Positions 18,339-24,635 of a stretch of 58,612 nt of DNA are shown here, piece after piece (position 1 is the stretch's first letter; each line of letters opens with the position of its first letter). The notes below the pieces were generated by a model. The model had not been told where the DNA came from, ran no database searches, and saw only the letters and a program-made list of their open reading frames with translations. This DNA is from a virus. Lineage: Duplodnaviria; Heunggongvirae; Uroviricota; Caudoviricetes. Made by a program: the position numbers and the translations under genes. Location: the IMG/VR virus record IMGVR_UViG_3300035670_000048, positions 64,001 through 122,612 of that record; one strand, 5' to 3'.

Positions 18339-20444
18339 TTAGAAGTTATTGTATCCTGTTAATTTAATTTTATCTGTATTTAAGTTAATACCTAATTGAT
18401 TACCTTTAGAATCATTAGCATCCATTGTTGGTGATACTTTAACTGATGTTAAGATATCTACCCCAGAACCAATCGAAGTGAATTTCAATTTAAACGGTAT
18501 TGAATTTATTGTTATTGGTGTTTTTAATGATTGATCTAAAGCACCAAACTTAATTACACCAGATTTTGCGTTTGCGAATACATACCAGTTAGCTGGTAAA
18601 TCTGTTTTTACTTCATTGAATTTTAATTTTGATGGATCGTAATTAAATTGAAATTGTAATCCACCTAATGAAGCACCGTTTGTATTTACAGCTATTGGTA
18701 TTACTATATCGTTTGATGTAACAGTTACGTTGGATAAGTTAACATCAATTGATGTAGGAGCTGCTACCGTGGAATTCATTGTTCTGAATGCTGTATTAGT
18801 TAACATGCTAGCTTTCGCGTTTGTTGCTACTGTGCTTGCTCCATTATCTACTACTATAACTTGTGATGAGTGTGAACGATTGACATCACCCCATAGTAAG
18901 TATTTTAAATTTAATACCTGGTTAGATCCTAAATCACTAGTAGTAAATGTTACTTTAGGAAATGTTATTGTTTTCCAGTTTAAAGCAGTAATTGTACTCC
19001 ATGAATTATCTACTGATGTATTAAATGCTACTTCTGCTTTAATTCCATAATCTCCACCTTGTATAAATCGTATAGATGATGCAAATACTGATGTTGGTAT
19101 AGTAGAGAAGTTTGTGAATACTTTATATGTAGCCCATGTAGCATCTTGGCTTACAAATTCTACTGGTCCTGAATATAAGTCTAGTAATTGAAGAGCCTTA
19201 ATAGATGTAGGATCTATATTACCAAATTCTCTCATATCTATTAAAACTTTACTTACACCTGCTGAATATGAGTTAACCGCAATAACAACCCATTCTACTT
19301 GTCCTGTAATAGTTGTTACATCAGTTGCTCTCCATGTTGGAACACTTCTCCATGATGTATTTGCTCCTTGAGATACATAATTTGCAGGCACAGTCACTAA
19401 CGTATCTAAACCAACTACTTGAGCTAGTAATCGAGGTAAGTCACCACCATCAATTGATTTATTTCTATTAATATCTGCAGCGTAAAGTGATTGGCCTGTT
19501 TTTAGAATTTGTCCGTTTGAACCATCCAGTCCCATTGATGTAAATTCACCTTGTGCTGTTGTAAAATCAGATAATGTAATTGCTGAATTATATACTGCGT
19601 TTGTTTTATCCATATCATGCATTACTGATACTTCGTATGTTGTATTTGCTGTAAGTAATGTTTGATCAATATCTACAGCTCCAGTTGATGTGACATTAAA
19701 TAATGCACCCGTATTTGTTGTTGGGTTTCTGAATGATACTCTTAAATCAGATAATGCAAGTAAATTTGAATTTACATCTACGTTTGCAGTTACATATTTG
19801 CCAATACTTTGATCAAATAAGATTTCAGTTGCTAATTGTTCAAATTGATAAGTTGCATCTTGAGCACCTTGTGCATTCCATCCCGCTACAAAGTTTAACT
19901 TAAATGGATTAAATGTTGTTGCTGTAGATGTAGTTTTAACTTTCATTCTAACAACAACGAATCTATCCCACCCACCAGCATATGGCATTCCGTTTGGTGA
20001 TGTCCATGTTAATGTTGCTCTTAAAATACCATTCTGACCGCCGTTTTGGTAGGTATAAGAGGTACTTGACCATCTGACATTACCATCAGTAGATACAGCA
20101 TTTGTAGCATTAGTATTAGTGTAAGTATATCCTGGGTATGGATTGTGAGATATGCTAATAGTTGATCCATAAGGTAAAATACCACCATTTCCACCAGTAC
20201 CTGTATGGTTTACTGAGATAATATCAAAGTTAGCAGCATCGTATTGGAAATCAAACATCAATTGACGTGTTGTTGTATTTCCATTTCCATCACCTTGAAT
20301 TACTACATCGAACTCATCACCTCTACCAATAGTTGTACCATCGATAGCAGTAGATAATCTTGGAGTTTCTAGTCTTAATTTAATTGGACCAGCAAATGAA
20401 CTAAAACCTATTAACGTAAATAATAGGAACAATAATTTTTTCAT
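18339..20444 (-). CDS. Secreted multidomain protein with cohesin-like and dockerin-like motifs
   Basis: Signal peptide; FDFQYDAANF and LQFQFNYDPSKLKF cohesin-like strands; ADINRNKSIDGGDL and GDVNRS dockerin/EF-hand-like loops. Confidence 0.65.
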   Translation of the reverse strand: MKKLLFLLFTLIGFSSFAGPIKLRLETPRLSTAIDGTTIGRGDEFDVVIQGDGNGNTTTRQLMFDFQYDAANFDIISVNHTGTGGNGGILPYGSTISISHNPYPGYTYTNTNATNAVSTDGNVRWSSTSYTYQNGGQNGILRATLTWTSPNGMPYAGGWDRFVVVRMKVKTTSTATTFNPFKLNFVAGWNAQGAQDATYQFEQLATEILFDQSIGKYVTANVDVNSNLLALSDLRVSFRNPTTNTGALFNVTSTGAVDIDQTLLTANTTYEVSVMHDMDKTNAVYNSAITLSDFTTAQGEFTSMGLDGSNGQILKTGQSLYAADINRNKSIDGGDLPRLLAQVVGLDTLVTVPANYVSQGANTSWRSVPTWRATDVTTITGQVEWVVIAVNSYSAGVSKVLIDMREFGNIDPTSIKALQLLDLYSGPVEFVSQDATWATYKVFTNFSTIPTSVFASSIRFIQGGDYGIKAEVAFNTSVDNSWSTITALNWKTITFPKVTFTTSDLGSNQVLNLKYLLWGDVNRSHSSQVIVVDNGASTVATNAKASMLTNTAFRTMNSTVAAPTSIDVNLSNVTVTSNDIVIPIAVNTNGASLGGLQFQFNYDPSKLKFNEVKTDLPANWYVFANAKSGVIKFGALDQSLKTPITINSIPFKLKFTSIGSGVDILTSVKVSPTMDANDSKGNQLGINLNTDKIKLTGYNNF

Positions 20445-20932
20445 ATTTTGTCAAACAATTTAGTTGTTAATGAAACTGATGCTTTTTTCAATGCATTTGA
20501 TAATGATGTTTGATTAAAACCACCAGCCTCAGAAATAACTAAAGTTGACATCGATATTTCGGATGACTTTTCTGTTGCTGTTTTTTGCTTGATAACTTTA
20601 TCGCCTTTTAGTAAGCGTCCTACCATACTAATCACTACTGCTTGCTCATCCTGATGTAGGATACCAATACTCATGTTTGATGACTCAACGTCTAAAAATA
20701 CGATATCTACTTGTAATGTATAATCGGCATTATCTGCAGATGAAACTAAATCATATTTGTCTGATAGAGATTCATCCAATATGTTTTTAACTCCGAATGC
20801 TAGATTACGATTTCCTGCTAATTTACCTATTTGGATTTTATTTCCTACATTCTCGATGTATATCTTTTTAGGTGTTTGAGCCCATCCTGCTAAGGATACC
20901 AACATAAGTGTAAAGAAAAATATATATTTCAT
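20441..20932 (-). CDS. Secreted protein, CsgG/LptE-like alpha-beta fold (tentative)
   Basis: Signal peptide; IYIENVGN, GVKNILDESL, C-terminal NALKKA helix. Confidence 0.5.
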   Translation of the reverse strand: MKYIFFFTLMLVSLAGWAQTPKKIYIENVGNKIQIGKLAGNRNLAFGVKNILDESLSDKYDLVSSADNADYTLQVDIVFLDVESSNMSIGILHQDEQAVVISMVGRLLKGDKVIKQKTATEKSSEISMSTLVISEAGGFNQTSLSNALKKASVSLTTKLFDKI

Positions 20933-21100
20933 ATTTACTAGTTAATTCTATAATAAATATTATAAAGTTTACTAGTAGTGGTTGAGTATGGTAGGCGTTG
21001 TGTGGATTAGTCTACGAGTATGATGGCTTTTTGTCGTTTTCGTAGAAATGTACTATACGTATAGTTGGATTTAAAATTAAACCTAACATAAACCCAAAAC

Positions 21101-21424
21101 ATGAAAACTACAATTTTCACATTATTGTTTGCCTTAACTGTATCTGCTGCTAATGCTTCTGATGGAGTTAAAATCGAGAAGACTAATAACTTAAAGTTCT
21201 TAGTTAGCGTTCCTACGGGATCTAAATTAACTGCTATTGTATTAGATGCGGATAACAACGTTATTCACACAGAATTTTTAACTAAGCACAAAGCATTTGA
21301 TTTCAGCAACTTAGTTGATGGTAATTATAAGCTTAAAGTAGTTGATTCGACTAGAAAAGTAATCGAAATTAAAGATTTCGCTATCAATACAGAAGTTAAA
21401 AGAGATTTAGTTACAATTAAGTAA
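21101..21424 (+). CDS. Secreted hypothetical protein (rare plus-strand gene)
   Basis: MKTTIFTLLFALTVSAANA signal peptide, beta-sandwich-like body. Confidence 0.8.
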   Translation: MKTTIFTLLFALTVSAANASDGVKIEKTNNLKFLVSVPTGSKLTAIVLDADNNVIHTEFLTKHKAFDFSNLVDGNYKLKVVDSTRKVIEIKDFAINTEVKRDLVTIK

Positions 21425-21461
21425 TAACTCGTAATATAGTTATATCTTATTATCAAATTGT

Positions 21462-21491
21462 GAAGTGAATCCATAACGGTTCACTTCTTTT
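21462..21491 (+). terminator. Intrinsic terminator
   Basis: GAAGTGAA-10nt-TTCACTTC followed by TTTT. Confidence 0.7.
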
Positions 21492-21513
21492 ACAAACATA
21501 AACATATAAAATT

Positions 21514-21663
21514 ATGCCTTTATTATTTATTTTATTATCAATCAGCACATTATTTGGAACAGTATTACATAAGAGTATAAGTAATACAAAGCAACCAATT
21601 TCTCACCGTCGTCATGCTGGTAAGCCTGGTTTGTTGGATATAAATAGAGATTTATCTATTTAA
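21514..21663 (+). CDS. Small hypothetical protein (49 aa)
   Basis: MPLLFILLSISTLFGTVLHKSISNTKQPISHRRHAGKPGLLDINRDLSI; A-rich upstream region. Confidence 0.45.
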   Translation: MPLLFILLSISTLFGTVLHKSISNTKQPISHRRHAGKPGLLDINRDLSI

Positions 21664-21792
21664 TTATCCTTTTAGTAATTGTTTTTTATCTTCTTTGCAG
21701 CAATCACATTTAGGGCATTCATACGCTAGCATTCCGCTAATTGCCCCTACGGAGAATCCTATTGATAGTGAAATTAAAATTGCTGATACCAT
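21664..21792 (-). CDS. Small membrane protein with Cys cluster (42 aa)
   Basis: MVSAILISLSIGFSVGAISGMLAYECPKCDCCKEDKKQLLKG. Confidence 0.5.
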   Translation of the reverse strand: MVSAILISLSIGFSVGAISGMLAYECPKCDCCKEDKKQLLKG

Positions 21793-21804
21793 AGTAATAA
21801 ATTT

Positions 21805-21879
21805 TGGAGGGAATGGAGAATTACGATATCTCGACCTGACGATTAACAGTCGTCTGCTCTGCCTCTGAGCTACAAACCC
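21805..21879 (-). tRNA. tRNA-Asn(GTT), atypical
   Basis: Anticodon loop CT-GTT-AA; encoded CCA; two U.U pairs in the acceptor stem; T-loop ATCGTAA. Confidence 0.8.
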
Positions 21880-21888
21880 TTATAAATG

Positions 21889-21959
21889 TTATCCGAGCTG
21901 GATTCGAACCAACCCTAAACGCACCAAAAACGTTTGTGCTACCGCTACACCATCGGACA
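21889..21959 (-). tRNA. tRNA-Gln(TTG)
   Basis: Cloverleaf, loop TT-TTG-GT, GTTCGAATC T arm. Confidence 0.88.
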
Positions 21960-21964
21960 ATATG

Positions 21965-22036
21965 AGCAGGTAGTCAGATTCGAACTGACGTCTCCGGTTT
22001 GGAAGACCAGAGCACTAACCACTGTGCTATACCTGC
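21965..22036 (-). tRNA. tRNA-Gly(TCC)
   Basis: Cloverleaf, loop CT-TCC-AA, U73. Confidence 0.93.
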
Positions 22037-22041
22037 TTATG

Positions 22042-22113
22042 AGCTCTCATCCGGAATCGAACCGAATTATCCAGATTACAAATCTGGCGCATCGCCTGCA
22101 ATGCTTTGAGAGC
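22042..22113 (-). tRNA. tRNA-Thr(TGT)
   Basis: CCAGA-TTTGTAA-TCTGG anticodon arm. Confidence 0.92.
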
Positions 22114-22165
22114 ATAGAGAGGGACAGGTTATTTATTCCTTTTCGGGACTCCCTCAGACCCATCG

Positions 22166-22237
22166 TATCAACATCAAGATTCGAACTTGAAATAAAGCCT
22201 TATGAGAGCTCTGTGATCACCATTTCACTATGTTGAC
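22166..22237 (-). tRNA. tRNA with CAT anticodon (Met or Ile2)
   Basis: GAGCT-CTCATAA-GGCTT; identity cannot be resolved by eye. Confidence 0.85.
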
Positions 22238-22246
22238 ATTTATTCG

Positions 22247-22318
22247 TAGCAGGGACCAGAATCGAACTGGCGTAGACCTGGCTTATGAGACCGGTGGGCG
22301 ACCAACAACCTCCCTGCT
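22247..22318 (-). tRNA. tRNA-Met(CAT), second copy, weak D stem
   Basis: AGCAGGG/CCCTGCT acceptor, CCGGT-CTCATAA-GCCAG. Confidence 0.8.
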
Positions 22319-22331
22319 ACCAATAATTAAG

Positions 22332-22403
22332 TACCCCCAACGGGATTCGAACCCGTGACTCATCCGTGAAAGGGATGTGACTTAACCGCTTGTCGATAGG
22401 GGC
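22332..22403 (-). tRNA. tRNA-Glu(TTC)
   Basis: CATCC-CTTTCAC-GGATG. Confidence 0.93.
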
Positions 22404-22444
22404 GTTTATTTCTTACTATAATATAATTAAGAAATATTCATTAC

Positions 22445-22903
22445 CTACATTTTTACTAAATTATCTGCAGCATAAGTCATCATAGGTGAATGTCCTTTAT
22501 GTCTTACTGTATAGCCCATTCCTGTTACAATACCCACAGCACTTGTTAATGCTTGGTTTGATCGGTATTTTGGATCTGGATTTAAGTCAATATCAATAAA
22601 TTTAGCTCTAATATCTAATTCTGTTCTAATTTGTTCTGCTACTTCGACTGAAAACCAAACTTCGTTGATTAATCGAGTAACGTGTTCTTTTTCTCTAGGT
22701 ACTTCGAACTTAGTATAAAGAACGTGGGCACCTTTTTTAGGAGTATATAAACCGATTACAATAGCGTAAAACGTTTCTTTTTTCCTATTCTGTGAATCAC
22801 ACCCAATTAATAATTCTAAATCGGGATGTGTCTGCTTGTACTCGTTAATGTAGCCAATCAACTCAATCGGAGTTTTATTAGCCAGTGTTTTGAATTTTCT
22901 CAT
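22445..22903 (-). CDS. RNase H-like protein, YkuK/DUF458 family
   Basis: LLIGCDSQ, RLINEVWFSVEVA, IDIDLNPD, YAAD acidic residues. Start MRKFKT at 22903; the longer ORF overlaps tRNA-Leu. Confidence 0.8.
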   Translation of the reverse strand: MRKFKTLANKTPIELIGYINEYKQTHPDLELLIGCDSQNRKKETFYAIVIGLYTPKKGAHVLYTKFEVPREKEHVTRLINEVWFSVEVAEQIRTELDIRAKFIDIDLNPDPKYRSNQALTSAVGIVTGMGYTVRHKGHSPMMTYAADNLVKM

Positions 22904-22922
22904 ATCCCATTTATTTAAATTG

Positions 22923-23005
22923 TGCACCAAGCAGGAATCGAACCTGCACTCCCTACGGGAATAGCATTTTAAGTGCTACGGGTCTACCTATTCCCCCATT
23001 GGCGC
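22923..23005 (-). tRNA. tRNA-Leu(TAA)
   Basis: TAGCA-CTTAAAA-TGCTA, long variable arm. Confidence 0.93.
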
Positions 23006-23013
23006 GTTTACAG

Positions 23014-23103
23014 TAGAGAGTGAGGGACTCGAACCCTCGCACCGGTTTTATCCGATCTACCTCGTTAGCAATGAGGCCCCTTCACCAACTTGGGTAACTC
23101 TCT
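23014..23103 (-). tRNA. tRNA-Ser(GCT)
   Basis: Loop TT-GCT-AA, long variable arm. Confidence 0.9.
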
Positions 23104-23160
23104 ATAAGGGCCCGATACCTCAACTCTCACCTGCTCGAGCCGACACAGGATTGGAGGATG

Positions 23161-23248
23161 AAGAGGGTGTGAGATTCGAACTCACGGATCGCTTTCACGA
23201 TCGCTGGTTTTCAAGACCAGTCCAATAATCCATCTCTGGCAACCCTCC
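23161..23248 (-). tRNA. tRNA-Ser(TGA)
   Basis: CTGGT-CTTGAAA-ACCAG, long variable arm. Confidence 0.92.
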
Positions 23249-23257
23249 TTATAATTG

Positions 23258-23330
23258 CGGTACTGACGGGGATCGAACCCGCTCCAAACTCCGTGACAGG
23301 GAGATATCTTAACCATTTGACCTCAGCACC
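23258..23330 (-). tRNA. tRNA-Asp(GTC)
   Basis: CTCC-CTGTCAC-GGAG, G73. Confidence 0.92.
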
Positions 23331-23367
23331 GTATTAAATATAATTTGGAAATCTTATATTTCCGTAT

Positions 23368-23443
23368 TGGTGTGATTGAAGAGAATCGAACTCTTATTTA
23401 AGGCACCACAAACCTTAGTCTTAACCATTAGACCACAATCACC
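23368..23443 (-). tRNA. tRNA-His(GTG)
   Basis: AAGGT-TTGTGGT-GCCTT; encoded G-1 and CCA; A73. Confidence 0.9.
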
Positions 23444-23444
23444 G

Positions 23445-23518
23445 AGGTCAATACAGGATTCGAACCTGTGATCGGGCTTTTGCAGAGCCCAGCCTTAAAC
23501 CAACTTGGCTAATCGACC
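23445..23518 (-). tRNA. tRNA-Cys(GCA)
   Basis: GGGCT-CTGCAAA-AGCCC, U73. Confidence 0.93.
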
Positions 23519-23528
23519 TTATTAAATG

Positions 23529-23600
23529 TACTCTCTTAGAGACTCGAACTCCAATCTCTTCATCCGTAGTGAAGTGTTCTATCCATTGAACTAAAAGAGC
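23529..23600 (-). tRNA. tRNA-Arg(ACG)
   Basis: CTTCA-CTACGGA-TGAAG. Confidence 0.92.
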
Positions 23601-23606
23601 AAATCG

Positions 23607-23677
23607 CACAAATGCAAGGATTCGAACCCTGAACAACGCTTTTGGAGAGCGGTATGATACCATTTCACCACAAATGT
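23607..23677 (-). tRNA. tRNA-Trp(CCA)
   Basis: Loop CT-CCA-AA, G73, two U.U pairs in the acceptor stem. Confidence 0.87.
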
Positions 23678-23682
23678 GTATT

Positions 23683-23757
23683 AGAAGTAACATCCTGAGC
23701 TCCTCAGGTATCGCGCCGCTTATTGGAATAATTCCATCTGCTGTCCATATTACTTCT
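23683..23757 (-). ncRNA. Unclassified 75-nt structured RNA between tRNA-Ile and tRNA-Trp
   Basis: 11-bp terminal stem AGAAGTAATAT/ATGTTACTTCT; internal hairpins TGGAAT/ATTCCA and CCTGAG/CTCAGG. Confidence 0.5.
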
Positions 23758-23758
23758 G

Positions 23759-23832
23759 TAGGAATAACAGAATTCGAATCTGTAACCTTCTGCGTATCAG
23801 GCAGATGCTCTAACCAGTTGAGCTATATTCCT
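23759..23832 (-). tRNA. tRNA-Ile(GAT)
   Basis: TCTGC-CTGATAC-GCAGA. Confidence 0.92.
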
Positions 23833-23835
23833 ATA

Positions 23836-23914
23836 TGGTCGGGTGAGCAGGATTCGAACCTGCGTGCTCTCGCGTCCAAGGCGAGCGAGATAAACCTGAC
23901 TCCTCTACCACCCG
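23836..23914 (-). tRNA. tRNA-Pro(TGG)
   Basis: CTCGC-CTTGGAC-GCGAG, C1-G72, encoded CCA. Confidence 0.94.
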
Positions 23915-23962
23915 TTGATCGGCTCCGATTTTTATATAGAACGTTGCCGAAGTAAACTATTG

Positions 23963-24036
23963 TGACCCCGATGCGACTCGAACGCATAACCCCTACATTA
24001 AAAGTGTAGTGCTCTGACCAATTGAGCTACGGAGTC
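23963..24036 (-). tRNA. tRNA-Lys(TTT)
   Basis: CTACA-CTTTTAA-TGTAG. Confidence 0.94.
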
Positions 24037-24040
24037 GTTT

Positions 24041-24117
24041 AGGAGATGTTTTGCCCGTTATTACTACCGGGGTAGCTTCTGGCTCCCCAGGTCGGATTCG
24101 AACCGACATTTTCTCCT
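24041..24117 (-). ncRNA. Circularly permuted tRNA-like RNA (YrlA/Y-RNA-like architecture)
   Basis: 5'-AGGAGA AAAT GTCGG-TTCGAAT-CCGAC CTGGGGA G CCA GAAGCT ACCCCGG TA GTAATAACGGGCAAAAC A TCTCCT-3': T arm, loop-closed acceptor stem, D arm, with the ends forming the anticodon stem. Confidence 0.75.
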
Positions 24118-24121
24118 ATAG

Positions 24122-24194
24122 TGGGAAAGATTGGTTTCGAACCAATTCCTCTGGATTTTCAGTCCAGCGCTTCTACCAAGTTAGCTTCATCCCC
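24122..24194 (-). tRNA. tRNA-Phe(GAA)
   Basis: CTGGA-CTGAAAA-TCCAG. Confidence 0.92.
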
Positions 24195-24203
24195 AATTAA
24201 ATG

Positions 24204-24283
24204 TGCCTGCAGATGGACTCGAACCACCGAACCCGAAGGAGAGCGTTTACAGCGCCCCGCAATTGCCGCTATGCGATACAGGC
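24204..24283 (-). tRNA. tRNA-Tyr(GTA)
   Basis: Loop CT-GTA-AA, extended variable arm. Confidence 0.92.
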
Positions 24284-24292
24284 ATGTTACTG

Positions 24293-24365
24293 TACTCTAT
24301 ACAGGACTCGAACCTGTAATAACTGGAGTCTAAGGCCAGTGTGTCTTCCGTTCCACCAATAGAGC
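24293..24365 (-). tRNA. tRNA-Leu(TAG) lacking the long variable arm
   Basis: Leu-type D arm GGTGGAACGGAAGACAC, loop CT-TAG-AC, variable region only TTATT. Confidence 0.8.
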
Positions 24366-24371
24366 ATTATG

Positions 24372-24443
24372 TATGTCTTAAGGGAATCGAACCCCTACTG
24401 TCTCATTAGAAGTGAGGAGTTCTATCCGTTAAACTAAAGACAC
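24372..24443 (-). tRNA. tRNA-Arg(TCT)
   Basis: CCTCA-CTTCTAA-TGAGA. Confidence 0.9.
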
Positions 24444-24449
24444 ATATCG

Positions 24450-24521
24450 TACATTCTGAGGGATTCGAACCCCCAACCTCTGCCATGTAAAGACAGCACT
24501 CTGCCATTGAGTTAAGAATGC
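24450..24521 (-). tRNA. tRNA-Val(TAC)
   Basis: CTGTC-TTTACAT-GGCAG. Confidence 0.92.
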
Positions 24522-24535
24522 ATTTTGCCAATAAA

Positions 24536-24544
24536 TCAAAGAAC
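24536..24544 (-). promoter_or_regulatory. boxA-like antitermination element
   Basis: GTTCTTTGA in the Ala-Val spacer, resembling rrn boxA. Confidence 0.5.
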
Positions 24545-24552
24545 AACTACTG

Positions 24553-24624
24553 TGGACAAGATGGGATTCGAACCCACATCCTCTTCATTGCAAATGAAGC
24601 GCTCAGCCGTTGAGCTACGAGCCC
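24553..24624 (-). tRNA. tRNA-Ala(TGC), first tRNA of the array
   Basis: CTTCA-TTTGCAA-TGAAG, G3.U70, A73. Confidence 0.93.
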
Positions 24625-24635
24625 ATATATAAATT

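Noticed and set aside
24041-24121. Reading the permuted RNA as an amber suppressor (flank CTA) or as two-piece tmRNA
   Set aside because: No U33 and no defined 7-nt loop can be built from the flanks. There is no G3.U70 Ala acceptor or tag ORF. TAG and TGA act as normal stops in this window, so there is no sign of recoding.
21934-24333. Track ORFs 21934-22236, 23448-23693, 23674-23955 and 24121-24333
   Set aside because: They overlap clear tRNA cloverleaves and are chance open frames in GC-richer RNA genes.
21805-24624. HDV-like theta ribozymes 3' of tRNAs
   Set aside because: I could not build the nested P1/P2/P3/P1.1 double pseudoknot in any spacer by eye; a covariance-model search would be needed to exclude it.
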